Part shown: positions 40,582 through 51,886 of the stretch, piece by piece
Layout of the letters: the number at the start of each line of letters is the position of its first letter
How positions within the stretch are numbered: the first letter of the stretch is position 1
The notes under the pieces: model-generated
Seen by the model: the letters and a program-made list of their open reading frames with translations, nothing else
Database searches by the model: none
What the model was told of the DNA's origin: nothing
Translations under genes and position numbers: made by a program
DNA from: Streptosporangiaceae bacterium
GTDB lineage: Bacteria > Actinomycetota > Actinomycetes > Streptosporangiales > Streptosporangiaceae
Assembly (NCBI GenBank): GCA_036555725.1
Contig: DATBKU010000039.1
Span: forward strand, 742-64,741
Reading direction: 5' to 3'
Length of the DNA stretch: 64,000 nucleotides

Positions 40582-41886
40582 ATGTTCAAGGCACGGAAAG
40601 GCGCGGCACTGCTGGCGACCCTCGCCGCGGTCACCCTGACGGCCGCGGCCTGCGGCGGCAGCGACAGCGACAAACCCGCCGGCGGCGGTACGCAGGCCAA
40701 GGAGCTGAAGCTCTGGCACTACGAAGGGCCCGACAGCGCCATGGGCGTGGCGTGGAACCAGGCCATCAAGGAGTTCGAGGCCGCGCACCCCGGCGTGAAG
40801 GTGAAGTTCGAGGAGAAGGGCTTCGAGCAGATCCAGAAGACCGCGCCGATGGTCCTCAACTCCAAGGACGCGCCGGACATCATGGAGTACAACAAGGGCA
40901 ACGCCACCGCCGGGCTGCTGTCCAAGCAGGGGCTGCTCACCGACCTGACGCCGCAGGTCACCAAGCGCGGCTGGGACAAGCTGGTCCCCGCGAACGTGCA
41001 GACCATCGCCAAGTACGACTCGCGCGGCGTCATGGGCGGCGACAAGTGGTACGGCGTCCCCAACTACGCCGAATACCTCCAGGTCTTCTACAACAAGGAC
41101 ACCTTCGACAAGTACAAGGTGAAGGTGCCGGCGACCTTCGATGAGTTCACCACCGCGATGGACACCTTCGCCAAGAAGGGCGTCACGCCGCTGGCCAACG
41201 CCGGCGCCGAGTACATGGCCCAGCAGTACCTCTACCAACTCGCCCTGAGCAAGGCCGACCCGACGTGGGTCAGCAACTACGAGCGCTACACCGGCAAGGT
41301 CAACTTCCACGACCCGGCCTGGACGTACGCCGCCACCACCCTCTCCGACTGGGTGAAGAAGGGTTACATCGCGAAGAACTCGGTGAGCATCAAGGCCGAG
41401 GACGCGGGCACCCAGTTCATCGCCGGCAAGTTCCCGATGCTGTTCTCCGGCAGCTGGTGGTTCGGCCGGTTCCAGAAGGAAATCAAGTTCGACTGGGGCA
41501 CCTTCGCCTGGCCCGGCAGCAACATGACGCTCGGCTCCGGCGGCAACATCTGGGTCGTCCCGCAGGGCTCGAAGAACAAGGACCTGGCGTACGACTTCAT
41601 CGACATCACGATGAAGAAGAACATCCAGAACGCGCTGGCCGCCAATGGCGGCGTCCCGGTGGCGGCCGACGCCTCCGCGATCAGCGACGCGAAGACCAAG
41701 GAACTGGTGCAGAACTACAACACGCTCGCGCAGCGAAACGGCCTGGCCTACTACCCTGACTGGCCGGTGCCGGGTTTCTACGACACCCTCGTGTCGCAGA
41801 CGCAGAAGCTCATCAACGGCAGCGCCAGCCCGGACAAGGTGCTCGGCGACCTGCAGAAGGCCTACGACGGCGGCGTGCCCAAGTGA
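40582..41886 (+). CDS. ABC sugar transporter substrate-binding lipoprotein
   Basis: GGAGGAA RBS, LTAAAC lipobox, family-1 extracellular solute-binding body. Confidence 0.9.
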   Translation: MFKARKGAALLATLAAVTLTAAACGGSDSDKPAGGGTQAKELKLWHYEGPDSAMGVAWNQAIKEFEAAHPGVKVKFEEKGFEQIQKTAPMVLNSKDAPDIMEYNKGNATAGLLSKQGLLTDLTPQVTKRGWDKLVPANVQTIAKYDSRGVMGGDKWYGVPNYAEYLQVFYNKDTFDKYKVKVPATFDEFTTAMDTFAKKGVTPLANAGAEYMAQQYLYQLALSKADPTWVSNYERYTGKVNFHDPAWTYAATTLSDWVKKGYIAKNSVSIKAEDAGTQFIAGKFPMLFSGSWWFGRFQKEIKFDWGTFAWPGSNMTLGSGGNIWVVPQGSKNKDLAYDFIDITMKKNIQNALAANGGVPVAADASAISDAKTKELVQNYNTLAQRNGLAYYPDWPVPGFYDTLVSQTQKLINGSASPDKVLGDLQKAYDGGVPK

Positions 41887-42806
41887 TGACGGACAGGGCA
41901 GCCCGGGGCAGGAGATCACATGGCCGGATGGCGTACCTGCCGTACCTGATCCCCGGGCTGCTGCTGTTCATCGGCGTCATCGCGGTGCCGTTCGCGATGA
42001 ACATCGGGATCAGCTTCACAAGGTGGGCGGGCGTCGGCACCCCGGAGTGGGTCGGCCTGCACAACTACCGCGAGCTCGTCAAGGACAGTGAGTTCTGGGC
42101 GTCGTTCCGGCACCAGATCGCACTGGTCTTCGGGATGTCGCTGATCCCGGCGCTCATCGGCCTGGTGCTGGCGGCGATGCTGACCGACGTCATCGGCAAG
42201 CGGTTCGGCGCCCGCACCGCCACCGTGCTGCGCGCCTGCATCTACGTGCCGCAGCTGCTGCCCATCGTGGTCGCCGGCATCGTATGGAGCTGGATCCTGG
42301 CCCCGGATACCGGTGCCGCCAACAAGTTGCTCCAGGCCGTGGGCCTGGGCTCGCTGGCGCACGACTGGCTCGGCGATCCGAAGACCGCCATGTGGAGCGT
42401 GATGGTGGTCATGGTCTGGTTCCAGATCGGATTCCCGCTGGTCATCTTCATGTCGGGGATGCAACGGGTCGATCCGGCGCTCTACGAGGCGGCCGAGCTC
42501 GACGGCGCCTCGTGGTGGCGGCGGTTCTGGCACATCACGGTGACCCAGATCCGGCCGGAGATCTTCGTGGTGCTGCTGATCACCACGATCTACTCGCTCA
42601 AGTCCTTTCCGCAGATCTACGTGCTCACCAAGGGCGGGCCCGGCGGGGCGACCAACGTGCCGTCGTACTATTCGTTCCAGAACTTCTTCGACAAGACCCA
42701 GGTCGGGTATGGCGCGTCGGTCGCCACCGTGCTCACCGCGATCACGATTGTGCTGGCCGTCGCGTTCATCCGCGTACAGCAGCGCACCGAAGTGGAGGGC
42801 CAATGA
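41883..42806 (+). CDS. ABC sugar transporter permease (MalF/UgpA-like)
   Basis: Six hydrophobic segments and an EAA-type loop (YEAAELDGASWWRRFWHITV). Confidence 0.9.
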   Translation: MMTDRAARGRRSHGRMAYLPYLIPGLLLFIGVIAVPFAMNIGISFTRWAGVGTPEWVGLHNYRELVKDSEFWASFRHQIALVFGMSLIPALIGLVLAAMLTDVIGKRFGARTATVLRACIYVPQLLPIVVAGIVWSWILAPDTGAANKLLQAVGLGSLAHDWLGDPKTAMWSVMVVMVWFQIGFPLVIFMSGMQRVDPALYEAAELDGASWWRRFWHITVTQIRPEIFVVLLITTIYSLKSFPQIYVLTKGGPGGATNVPSYYSFQNFFDKTQVGYGASVATVLTAITIVLAVAFIRVQQRTEVEGQ

Positions 42807-43693
42807 CCCTCCTCGAGGCGGAGCGGCGCCCTGCCGTACGGCCACCGGCCAAGCCCGTGCCGGGGCGCCGGCGACGGAATCCGTCGAACTACGTCGTGCT
42901 GGCCGCGCTGATCGTGCTCGCGCTGGTGATGCTGATCCCGATCGTGATCGTGGCGTTCAACGCGCTGAAGACCCCGCAGGAGTACTCCAACAACGGGCCG
43001 CTCGCGGTGCCGCACGGGCTGAACCTGGACGGCGTCAAGGCCTTCTGGACCCGGGTGGACTACGGCGAGAAGCTGCTCAACAGTGTGATCATCAGCGGGA
43101 CGGTGGCGGTCCTCGGCGTGATCTTGTCGATCCTGAACGCGTACGCGCTGGGCATCGGCCGTGTCGCGGGCCGCTCGTGGCTGCTGGTGTTGCTCCTGAT
43201 GGCCAACCTCATGCCGCAGGAGGCGCTGGTCTACCCGCTGTACTACCTGTCCAAGCAGCTCGGCCTGTACGACACCCGGTACAGCGTGATCATCGTGTTC
43301 ACCGTCATCCAGAGCGCCTTCGGCACGTACCTGCTGTCCTCGGTGCTGGTCGCGTTCCCCCGGCCGCTGCTCGAGGCGGCGCGCATCGACGGCGCGAACC
43401 GGTGGCAGGTGCTGTGGCGGATCGTCGTGCCGATCAGCCGGCCGACCATCGTCGTCCTGCTGGTGTTCTTCTTCATATGGACCTGGAACGAGTTTCTGAT
43501 CCCGCTGGTGATGCTGATCTCCAACGAGAACCAGACGGTTTCGGTCGCGCTCGGCGTCCTGCAGGGGCAGCGCCTGATGGACGCCACGATGTCGAGCGCG
43601 TCCGCACTGCTCGGCATCATCCCCACCCTTGTCTTCTTCCTGATCTTCCAACGGACCCTGTCACGCGGCATCACCGTAGGGGCGATTAAATGA
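42803..43693 (+). CDS. ABC sugar transporter permease (MalG/UgpE-like)
   Basis: Start at MTLLEAE (ATGA overlap with the upstream stop). EAARIDGANRWQVLWRIVVPI EAA loop. Confidence 0.9.
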   Translation: MTLLEAERRPAVRPPAKPVPGRRRRNPSNYVVLAALIVLALVMLIPIVIVAFNALKTPQEYSNNGPLAVPHGLNLDGVKAFWTRVDYGEKLLNSVIISGTVAVLGVILSILNAYALGIGRVAGRSWLLVLLLMANLMPQEALVYPLYYLSKQLGLYDTRYSVIIVFTVIQSAFGTYLLSSVLVAFPRPLLEAARIDGANRWQVLWRIVVPISRPTIVVLLVFFFIWTWNEFLIPLVMLISNENQTVSVALGVLQGQRLMDATMSSASALLGIIPTLVFFLIFQRTLSRGITVGAIK

Positions 43694-46077
43694 AGTTCAC
43701 CGATGGCTACTGGAGTATGCGCGCAGGCGTGCACGCCGTTCATCCCGTCGAGGTTCGCGACGTCGTCGAGGATCCCGGGAAGCTCACGGTCTACGCGCCG
43801 ACGCGGCGGATTCAGCACCGGACCGACACGCTCCTGGGCCCCGTCGTCACACTCACGTACTTCTCCCCGCTGCCCGACGTCATCGGCGTCAAGATCACGC
43901 ACTTCTCCGGGGAGGTGCCGCCCAGGCCGCGGTTCGAACTGCAGGACGGCTCCACTGACGTGGGCGTGGTTGTCGACGAGACGGCCGCCCGCCTGACGTC
44001 GGGTGAACTGTCCGTACGGGTGAGCCGGGGGCCGGACTGGCGCGTCGACTTCCTGGCCGGCGGCAGGGTGCTGACGGCGAACCTGCCCACGGCGACCGCG
44101 CTGATCGACACGGCGCCCATGGGAGCTGAACTCGCCGGCGTGGCAACTGGGCCGATCGCCGGTGACAAGAACGCCGCCGACGGCGGGCATTACGTACGGG
44201 AGCAGCTGGAGCTCGGCGTGGACGACTTCGTCTACGGGCTCGGCGAGCGGTTCGGCCCGCTGGTCAAGAACGGCCAGACCGTGGACATCTGGAACTCCGA
44301 CGGCGGTACGGCCAGTGAGCAGGCGTACAAGAACATCCCGTTCTTCCTGACCAACGCGGGCTACGGCGTCTTCGTCAACCACCCGGGGCACGTGTCGTTC
44401 GAGGTGGCCTCCGAGGCGGTGTCCCGCGTGCAGTTCAGCGTGGGGGGCCAGTCGCTGGAGTACTTCCTGATCTACGGGCCCACGCCGAAGGAGATCCTGC
44501 GGAAGTACACCGCGCTGACCGGACGGCCCGCACGGGTGCCGGCCTGGTCGTACGGGCTGTGGCTGTCCACCTCGTTCACCACCTCGTACGACGAGGCCAC
44601 GGTGAGCAGCTTCATCGACGGGATGGCCGAACGCGACCTGCCGCTGTCGGTCTTCCACTTCGACTGCTTCTGGATGCGCGAGTACAACTGGTGCGACTTC
44701 GAGTGGGATCCACGCACCTTCCCCGACCCGCGGGCGATGATCGCCCGGCTCAAGGCCAGGGGCCTCAAGATCTGCCTGTGGATCAACCCGTACATCGGCC
44801 AGCGCTCCCCGCTGTTCGCCGAGGGACAGGCGCGCGGTTACCTGCTGAAACGGCCGAACGGCGACGTGTGGCAGTGGGACCTGTGGCAGCCCGGGCTGGC
44901 GGTCGTCGACTTCACCAACCCCGAAGCGCGCGAGTGGTGGGCCTCGAAGCTCGATGCGTTGCTGGACATGGGGGTCGACTGCTTCAAAACGGACTTCGGC
45001 GAGCGAATTCCGACTGACGTCGCGTATTTCGACGGCTCCGACCCCGAGCGGATGCACAACTACTACACCCATCTCTATAACGAGACGGTGTTCGAGCTGC
45101 TGCGCAAGCGGCGCGGCGAGGGCGAGGCGGTCCTCTTCGCCCGGTCTGCCACCAGCGGCACGCAGCGGTTCCCGGTGAACTGGGGCGGGGACGCGGAGTC
45201 GACGTTCGCGGGGATGCACGAGAGCCTGTGTGGCGGGCTGTCCCTCGGCATGTCCGGGTTCGGGTACTGGAGCCACGACATCGGCGGCTTCGAGGGCACC
45301 CCGAACGCCGCGCTGTTCAAGCGGTGGATCGCGTTCGGGCTGCTGTCGTCGCACAGCCGGCTGCACGGCAACGAGTCGTACCGGGTGCCGTGGCTGTTCG
45401 ACGAGGAGTCGGTGGACGTGCTGCGGACGTTCACCCAGCTGAAGATGCGGCTCATGCCGTACATCGCCGGCGCCGCCCAGCAGGCCCACACCGAGGGCGT
45501 CCCGGTGATGCGCGCGATGGTCGTCGAGTTCCCCGACGACCCGGCCTGCACCCACCTCGAGCGGCAGTACATGTTCGGCGACGACCTGCTGGTGGCGCCG
45601 GTGTTCTCGGCCGACGGGGACGTCTCGTATTACGTCCCCGAGGGCACGTGGACGCACTACCTCACCGGGCGCCGGGTCACCGGACCGCGCTGGGTGCGCG
45701 AACGCCATGACGTGATGAGCGTGCCGTTGCTGGTCCGGCCCGGCTCAGTGGTCCCGGTCGGCGCAGTGGATGATCGACCCGACTACGACTACGCCGACGG
45801 GGTGACGCTGCGGGCGTACGAGATCGCCGACGGCGCCCGCGTCACCACGGTCATTCCGGGGGTCACGGGAGACACCGCGGCCACCTTCGTGACGTCCCGT
45901 GAAAACAGCGTGGTACGGGTGGAGGCCGCGGGCACCCCGCCGACCTGGAGCTTCATGCTTGTGGGAATTCCATCGATCTCCTCAATTGAGGGCGGAACGG
46001 CCACCCGGTGCGAACATGGGGCGATCGTCCAGGCCAGCGCCGACACGCTGATCATCACGCTCGAGGAGACGCAGTAA
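43690..46077 (+). CDS. GH31 alpha-xylosidase/alpha-glucosidase (YicI-like), cytoplasmic
   Basis: ATGA overlap with the permease stop. MKFTDGYW N-terminus. WNSDGG, KTDFGE, WGGD and [10 protein letters not shown]31 catalytic-region motifs. Confidence 0.85.
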   Translation: MKFTDGYWSMRAGVHAVHPVEVRDVVEDPGKLTVYAPTRRIQHRTDTLLGPVVTLTYFSPLPDVIGVKITHFSGEVPPRPRFELQDGSTDVGVVVDETAARLTSGELSVRVSRGPDWRVDFLAGGRVLTANLPTATALIDTAPMGAELAGVATGPIAGDKNAADGGHYVREQLELGVDDFVYGLGERFGPLVKNGQTVDIWNSDGGTASEQAYKNIPFFLTNAGYGVFVNHPGHVSFEVASEAVSRVQFSVGGQSLEYFLIYGPTPKEILRKYTALTGRPARVPAWSYGLWLSTSFTTSYDEATVSSFIDGMAERDLPLSVFHFDCFWMREYNWCDFEWDPRTFPDPRAMIARLKARGLKICLWINPYIGQRSPLFAEGQARGYLLKRPNGDVWQWDLWQPGLAVVDFTNPEAREWWASKLDALLDMGVDCFKTDFGERIPTDVAYFDGSDPERMHNYYTHLYNETVFELLRKRRGEGEAVLFARSATSGTQRFPVNWGGDAESTFAGMHESLCGGLSLGMSGFGYWSHDIGGFEGTPNAALFKRWIAFGLLSSHSRLHGNESYRVPWLFDEESVDVLRTFTQLKMRLMPYIAGAAQQAHTEGVPVMRAMVVEFPDDPACTHLERQYMFGDDLLVAPVFSADGDVSYYVPEGTWTHYLTGRRVTGPRWVRERHDVMSVPLLVRPGSVVPVGAVDDRPDYDYADGVTLRAYEIADGARVTTVIPGVTGDTAATFVTSRENSVVRVEAAGTPPTWSFMLVGIPSISSIEGGTATRCEHGAIVQASADTLIITLEETQ

Positions 46078-46138
46078 TGCACACTACACGCTGCCACCTA
46101 CCCACTCTCGCGAGCCGTCGCCGGCAAAGGAGGGTGGC

Positions 46139-47512
46139 ATGACCGCCTTTCCTGCCGGTTTTCTGTGGGGTTCGGCCACCGCGGCGTACCAGATCGAGGG
46201 GGCGGCCGACGAGGATGGCCGGGAGCCGTCGATCTGGGACACCTTCAGCCACACCCCCGGCAAGGTGCTGGCGGGCGACACCGGTGACGTGGCCGATGAT
46301 CACTATCACCGCTGGCAGTCGGACGTCGACGCGATGGCCCGGCTGGGCCTGAATGCCTACCGGTTCTCCATCTCCTGGCCACGGGTGCTGCCCGGCGGGC
46401 GACTCAACCCCAAGGGCACGGACTTCTACTCCCGGCTCGTGGACGCGCTGTTGGAACGTGACATCGCGCCCGTCGCCACTCTCTACCACTGGGATCTGCC
46501 GCAGCGTCTCGAGGTCGCCGGCGGCTGGCCGGTCCGGGACACGGCGCTGCGCTTCGCCGAGTACGCCGAGCAGATCGGCCGCGTGCTCGGCGACCGCGTA
46601 CACATGTGGACCACGCTCAACGAGCCGTGGTGCTCGGCGTTCCTCGGCTACGCCGCGGGCGTGCACGCCCCCGGCCGTACCGAGCCGGCCGCCGCGCTCG
46701 CCGCCGCGCACCACCTCAACCTGGGGCACGGCCTGGCCGTCCAGGCGCTGCGCGGCGTGGTCGCCCCCTCGGCCCTGCACTCGGTCACGCTCAACCTGCA
46801 CCATGCGCGCGGGGACGCCGAGGCGGTACGGAAGGTCGACGGCGTGGCCAACCGGGTCTTCCTCGGCCCGATGCTGTCCGGGGCCTATCCGGAGGACCTG
46901 CTGGCCGACACGGCCGCGGTCACCGACTGGTCCTTCGTGCACGACGGCGACGAGGCCGCGAGCGCCGCCCCGCTCGACGTGCTCGGCATCAACTACTACG
47001 CCCCGATGCAGGTACGGCTGTGGGACGGCGAAGGCGAGCGGGCCACCGCGGACGGGCACGGCGGCGGCACCGGCTCTCCCTGGCCGGGCTGCGATGACGT
47101 CGAGTTCCTCGCACTGCCCGGCCCGTACACCGAGATGGGCTGGCCCATCGACGCGTCCGGGCTGACCGAGCTGGTCCAGCGGGTGCACCGCGACCACCCG
47201 GCCCTGCCGGTGGCGATCACCGAGAACGGCGCCGCCTTCGACGACAAGGTCGACGCCGACGGGCGCGTCCACGACGACGCACGCATCTCCTACCTGCACG
47301 ACCACCTCGCCGCGGTCGGCGACGCCATCGCGTCCGGGGTGGATGTGCGCGGCTACTTCGCCTGGTCGCTGCTGGATAACTTCGAATGGTCGTACGGCTA
47401 CTCCAAGCGCTTCGGCCTGATCCACGTTGACTACGAGTCGCAGGACCGCATTTGGAAGGACAGCGCGTACTGGTACAAGGACGTGATCGCCGCCAACGCT
47501 CTGGATCGCTAA
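46139..47512 (+). CDS. GH1 beta-glucosidase
   Basis: [21 protein letters not shown] (acid/base) and ITENGAA (nucleophile). AAAGGAGGG RBS. Confidence 0.95.
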   Translation: MTAFPAGFLWGSATAAYQIEGAADEDGREPSIWDTFSHTPGKVLAGDTGDVADDHYHRWQSDVDAMARLGLNAYRFSISWPRVLPGGRLNPKGTDFYSRLVDALLERDIAPVATLYHWDLPQRLEVAGGWPVRDTALRFAEYAEQIGRVLGDRVHMWTTLNEPWCSAFLGYAAGVHAPGRTEPAAALAAAHHLNLGHGLAVQALRGVVAPSALHSVTLNLHHARGDAEAVRKVDGVANRVFLGPMLSGAYPEDLLADTAAVTDWSFVHDGDEAASAAPLDVLGINYYAPMQVRLWDGEGERATADGHGGGTGSPWPGCDDVEFLALPGPYTEMGWPIDASGLTELVQRVHRDHPALPVAITENGAAFDDKVDADGRVHDDARISYLHDHLAAVGDAIASGVDVRGYFAWSLLDNFEWSYGYSKRFGLIHVDYESQDRIWKDSAYWYKDVIAANALDR

Positions 47513-48663
47513 CCGCGGTCGGCGCCGCCGCCTCGCTCGCGGTCGCGGCCTTCTGCTACGGCACGACCGAGAACCTGCCGGTCGGACTGCTGCGGCTGAT
47601 GGCGGCCGACCTGGGGACGTCGCTGTCGGCCGTCGGCCTGCTGGTCACCGGCTACGGGCTTACCGTGGCCGTGGTCTCCGTGCCGCTGACCCGGCTGACC
47701 GCCCGGATGCCGCGCCGGCTGCTGCTGTCGGGGCTGCTGTCCGTCTTCGTGGTGACGACCTTGCTCTCGATTGTCGTCTCGAACTACTGGGTGCTGCTGG
47801 CGGCCCGGCTGGCGACCGCTCTGTCGCAGGCGATCTTCTGGCCGGTGGCCGCGGTGGCCGCGGCCGGCCTGTTCTCCCCCGAGGTCCGCGGGCGGGCGTC
47901 CACCGTGGTGTTCGCCGGCGGCTCGCTCGCCATCGTGCTCGGCGTGCCGGCCGGCACCTGGCTGGGTCAGCAGGCGGGCTGGCGCTGGGCCTTCCTGGCG
48001 CTGAGCGGGCTCGGGCTGGTCGCGCTGGTCGCGGCCGCCGTCCTGTTGCCGTCGGGCGCGCCCGGCGCGGGCCACACGGCCGTCGCCGACACCCCCGACG
48101 CCCGCCGCTACTGGCTGCTCGTGGTGACGACGGCCCTGGCGGTCACCGGCTACTTCACGGTGTACACCTACATCACCGCCTTCCTGACCGACGTGAGCGG
48201 GTTCTCCGACCGGGCGATCAGCCCTCTGCTGCTGCTCTACGGAGCGATGGACTTCATCGGCCTGATGTGCGCCGGCGCCGTCGTCGACCGCGGCCCGCGC
48301 ACCCTGATGATCGTCGCGATCGCGCTGCTCACGACCGCCCTGCTCGGCCTGTACGTGTTCGGCGCGGGCCGGGCCGCGGCGGTGGGGTGGTCTGCCGTGT
48401 TGGGCCTCGGCCTGCCCTTCATGGTGCCGGGTCTGCAACTACGGGTTCTGCAGGTCGCGCCCGGCAACACCGACATCGCCTCGGCGGGCACCTCGGCCGC
48501 CTTCAACGTGGGCATCGGCTGCGGCGCCCTCGTCGGCGGCCTGCTACTCCCCGCGTTCGGCGTCCGCGCCACTGCCCTCGCCGGCGCCCTTCTCACGGCC
48601 GCCGCGCTCTCCGTCCTCCTCAGCGAGCGCCTCCTCAGCGAACGTCTCCTCTCACCCCGCTGA
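47452..48663 (+). CDS. MFS transporter (12-TM)
   Basis: Hydrophobic profile and the [14 protein letters not shown] loop motif. The only in-frame start that keeps TM1 is ATG 47452, which overlaps the GH1 3' end by 61 nt. Confidence 0.75.
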   Translation: MEGQRVLVQGRDRRQRSGSLTAVGAAASLAVAAFCYGTTENLPVGLLRLMAADLGTSLSAVGLLVTGYGLTVAVVSVPLTRLTARMPRRLLLSGLLSVFVVTTLLSIVVSNYWVLLAARLATALSQAIFWPVAAVAAAGLFSPEVRGRASTVVFAGGSLAIVLGVPAGTWLGQQAGWRWAFLALSGLGLVALVAAAVLLPSGAPGAGHTAVADTPDARRYWLLVVTTALAVTGYFTVYTYITAFLTDVSGFSDRAISPLLLLYGAMDFIGLMCAGAVVDRGPRTLMIVAIALLTTALLGLYVFGAGRAAAVGWSAVLGLGLPFMVPGLQLRVLQVAPGNTDIASAGTSAAFNVGIGCGALVGGLLLPAFGVRATALAGALLTAAALSVLLSERLLSERLLSPR

Positions 48664-48742
48664 TCCCTAGCCGCCCACTCTGACGGGCCGGCATTGATCA
48701 GGCCGGGAGGCCGGCCAAATCGCCCATGGCAAAATCAGCCAG

Positions 48743-51700
48743 GTGCAGATCGGGATCCTGGGACCATTCGAGGTTCGTACGGGCGACGGCGTCTTCGCCG
48801 ACGTGCCGGGCGCCCGGCTGCGCGGGCTGTTGATCGCCCTCGCGCTCGAACCAGGTCGCGCAGTCCCGAAGGCGACGCTCGTTGACTGGATTTGGGGTGA
48901 GCACCCGCCCTCCGACGCTGCGAATGCCTTGCAACGCTTGGTTTCCCGGCTGCGCAAGGTGCTGCCGGATGGATTGGTCGAGGGGCAGCCGGACGGCTAC
49001 CGGTTGAAGGTGGAACCTGACGCTGTCGACGCCGTGCGGTTCGAGCGCCTCGTGGGCCAGGCCCGCGACGACGAGGATCCACTGCGGGTGCGGCGGCTGC
49101 GCGAGGCCCTCGCATTGTGGCGCGGCGCGGCCATGCAGGACGTCGGCCTGCAGGAGAGTGCCGCGTTTGACGCGGCCGTCACCCGGCTCGAGAGGCTACG
49201 CCTGACTGCCATGGAGGATCGGTTCGATGCGGAGATCAGCCTCGGCAACGGCGGCGAGCTGGTCACGGAACTGACCGACGTGGTGGCCGCGCATCCGCTG
49301 CGAGAACGGCTTGTCGCCGCGTTGATGCGTGCCCTCGTCGCGTCCGGCCGCGGCGCCGAGGCGCTGCTCGTGTACGAGCGCACACGAGAGGCCCTGGCCG
49401 ACGCGCTAGGCGTCGACCCTGCACCCGAGCTGTCCGCACTGCACGTCGCGCTGCTGCGCGGTGAGTTGGGACGGCAGGAGGAAAGCCGGAAGACCAACCT
49501 GCGTGCCGAACTGACCAGCTTCGTCGGCAGGGACGCTGATGTCGCCGCGGTCCGCGAACTCATCGCCGACCATCGGCTCACCACCCTGATCGGGCCGGGG
49601 GGCTCGGGGAAGACAAGGCTGGCCACGGAAACCGTGCGCACGCTGCTCGGCGACCTGCCGGACGGGGCCTGGCTGGTCGAACTCGCGGCCATCGGCGCCG
49701 ACGGTGACGTGGCGCGAGCGACACTCGCCGCGCTCGGCCTGCGGGATGCGCTGCTCGGCGAGGCACCGGACGCGCCGCCGGCAGATCGGGTCATTGCCGC
49801 GGTCCGCGAGCGGGCGATGTTGCTGATTCTGGACAACTGCGAGCACGTGATCGACTCCGCCGCGACATTCGCCTATCAGGTGCTCGGAGAGTGCCGGCGG
49901 CTGCAGATCCTCGCGACGAGCCGGGAACCTCTCGGCATCACCGGTGAGGCACTATGGCGGGTCGCGCCGTTGGTCCTGCCCGCGGAGGATGCCGGCCCGA
50001 ACGAGATCGAGTCCGCGCCGGCCGTCCGGCTGTTGCGGGACCGAGCCGGCGAGGTGCGCAAGGACCTCGCGACCAACGCCCACACGTTGTCGACCATGGC
50101 GCGCGTCTGCCGGGCGCTGGACGGGATGCCCCTGGCGATCGAACTCGCCGCGGCTAGGTTGCGCACCATGTCCCTCGATCAGCTCGCCAACCGGCTCGAC
50201 TACCGGTTCCGCCTGCTGACCGGCGGCAGCCGTACCGCGCTGCCGCGGCACCGAACGCTGCGGGCGGTAATCGACTGGAGCTGGGAGCTGCTCACCGAAG
50301 CCGAACGGACGGTCCTGCGCAGGCTCTCGGCGTTCTCAGGTGGTGCGAGCCTGGAAGCAGCCGAGCGGGTTTGCGTGGGTGCCGGGGGCGAGCAGGAGCA
50401 GGTGTTCGACTCGCTGACCGCGCTGGCCGAGAAATCGCTGGTGCTCGTCGAGGGCGACCGGGCGCCGCGCTACCGGATGCTCGGTACGATCAAGGAGTAC
50501 GCCGAGCAGCGTCTCGCGGAGGCGGGGGAGTCGGAACTGGCGCGCCGTGCGCATCTCGCCTATTTCACCGAGTTCGCCGCGACCGCGGAGCCGCATCTTC
50601 GCCGCGCCGAGCAATTGACGTGGCTTGCCATGCTCGAGGTCGAGCACGACAACATCGGTGCCGCGATGCGCGGTGCGCTCGCGGCCGGCGATGCGGACGG
50701 GGCGATGCGGCTCGCCGCTGCCGCCAGCTGGTACTGGTGGCTCGGCGGGCACAAGGCTGAGGGCAACGAGCTGATTGTGGCGGCCGCTGACCTGCCCGGC
50801 GACGTGGCCGACGAGATCCGGGCCACGGTGTACGCGTTCGTCGTCACGTTCCTGGTCTCCGGGCGTGGTGATCATTATCACGCGGCGGAGTGGATCCACA
50901 AGGTGTACGAGATCAGTCGGCGGGTCCCGAGCAGTCACCCGGCAATCAGGCTTGTCGCCCAACTGGACGGCCTGTTGCAAGCGCCGGCCCCGGACGCGTT
51001 GCTGCCCTTGTTCGAACCGCTGCTCACCGACGAGGACGGCTGGGTACGGGCGGTTGCCCGGCTGCGCCTCGGCAGGATGCGGATCATGCTTGGCGACGAC
51101 AGCCGGGATGCGGACGAGCACCTCGAGACGGCGGTCACCGAGCTTCGCGCGCTCGGCGAACGGTGGTGGCTTTCGTTCGCCCTGACCGATCTGGCGAATC
51201 GAATCGCCATGCGCGGCGAGTTTGCCGGTGCGTGCGAACACTATGAAGAGGCGATCGCGGTCGTCACCGAGGTCGGGGCCATCGAGGACGTTGTGCCGAT
51301 GCGGTCGCGGCAGGCCCAGTTGTACTGGCTGCTGGGCGACGCGGAGTCGAGCGCGGCCGCCCTGGCGGAGGCGCAGCGCTACGCGGAACGTGTCGCCTGG
51401 CCGAATGCGCTGGCCGAGCTGGCCCTGGCGAAGGCGGAGCTGGCGCGCTGGAGGGGCGACGTCGAGCAGGCACACCGGCAACTCGGCGTCGCGACGGCGA
51501 TGCTGGGCAATGACGCCGAGCGGGTATACATCCGCGCGGCAACCCAAGACCTGCTCGGCTACCTCACCGGGGATCTCGATGCGGCCCGCGAACACCGCAA
51601 TGCGGCCTTCCAGGCGGCGTCCGAAACGGGGCACGCTCCGCTGATCGCTCAGGTGCTCGTTGGGATCGCGGATCTGGCGCTGCGTAACGAACAGTACGAG

Positions 51701-51886
51701 CAGGCCGCGCGGCTGCTCGCGGCGAGCGCCGACGTGCGCGGCCTGCCGGATCGTTCCCAACCGGATGTGGCCCGGATCGAGCAGACCGCGCGGCGTCGCC
51801 TCGGCGAAGCGGGATTCGCCGAGGCGACGCGGGAGGGTGCGCAGGCAAACTGGCGCGAGTTGGCCGCGGTCACGCTCGCTTGTTGA
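48743..51886 (+). CDS. AfsR/SARP-family regulator (OmpR-type wHTH + BTAD + NB-ARC ATPase + TPR)
   Basis: GTG start. MQIGILGPFEV...GYRL wHTH, then a BTAD (ALALWRG..., LLVYERTREALADALGVDP). Walker A GPGGSGKTRLA. Long helical-repeat tail. Confidence 0.9.
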   Translation: MQIGILGPFEVRTGDGVFADVPGARLRGLLIALALEPGRAVPKATLVDWIWGEHPPSDAANALQRLVSRLRKVLPDGLVEGQPDGYRLKVEPDAVDAVRFERLVGQARDDEDPLRVRRLREALALWRGAAMQDVGLQESAAFDAAVTRLERLRLTAMEDRFDAEISLGNGGELVTELTDVVAAHPLRERLVAALMRALVASGRGAEALLVYERTREALADALGVDPAPELSALHVALLRGELGRQEESRKTNLRAELTSFVGRDADVAAVRELIADHRLTTLIGPGGSGKTRLATETVRTLLGDLPDGAWLVELAAIGADGDVARATLAALGLRDALLGEAPDAPPADRVIAAVRERAMLLILDNCEHVIDSAATFAYQVLGECRRLQILATSREPLGITGEALWRVAPLVLPAEDAGPNEIESAPAVRLLRDRAGEVRKDLATNAHTLSTMARVCRALDGMPLAIELAAARLRTMSLDQLANRLDYRFRLLTGGSRTALPRHRTLRAVIDWSWELLTEAERTVLRRLSAFSGGASLEAAERVCVGAGGEQEQVFDSLTALAEKSLVLVEGDRAPRYRMLGTIKEYAEQRLAEAGESELARRAHLAYFTEFAATAEPHLRRAEQLTWLAMLEVEHDNIGAAMRGALAAGDADGAMRLAAAASWYWWLGGHKAEGNELIVAAADLPGDVADEIRATVYAFVVTFLVSGRGDHYHAAEWIHKVYEISRRVPSSHPAIRLVAQLDGLLQAPAPDALLPLFEPLLTDEDGWVRAVARLRLGRMRIMLGDDSRDADEHLETAVTELRALGERWWLSFALTDLANRIAMRGEFAGACEHYEEAIAVVTEVGAIEDVVPMRSRQAQLYWLLGDAESSAAALAEAQRYAERVAWPNALAELALAKAELARWRGDVEQAHRQLGVATAMLGNDAERVYIRAATQDLLGYLTGDLDAAREHRNAAFQAASETGHAPLIAQVLVGIADLALRNEQYEQAARLLAASADVRGLPDRSQPDVARIEQTARRRLGEAGFAEATREGAQANWRELAAVTLAC

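Noticed and set aside
48600-48663. [11 protein letters not shown] duplication at the C-terminus of the MFS transporter.
   Set aside because: It is a single 15-nt local duplication in a cytoplasmic tail, with no evident regulatory or structural significance.
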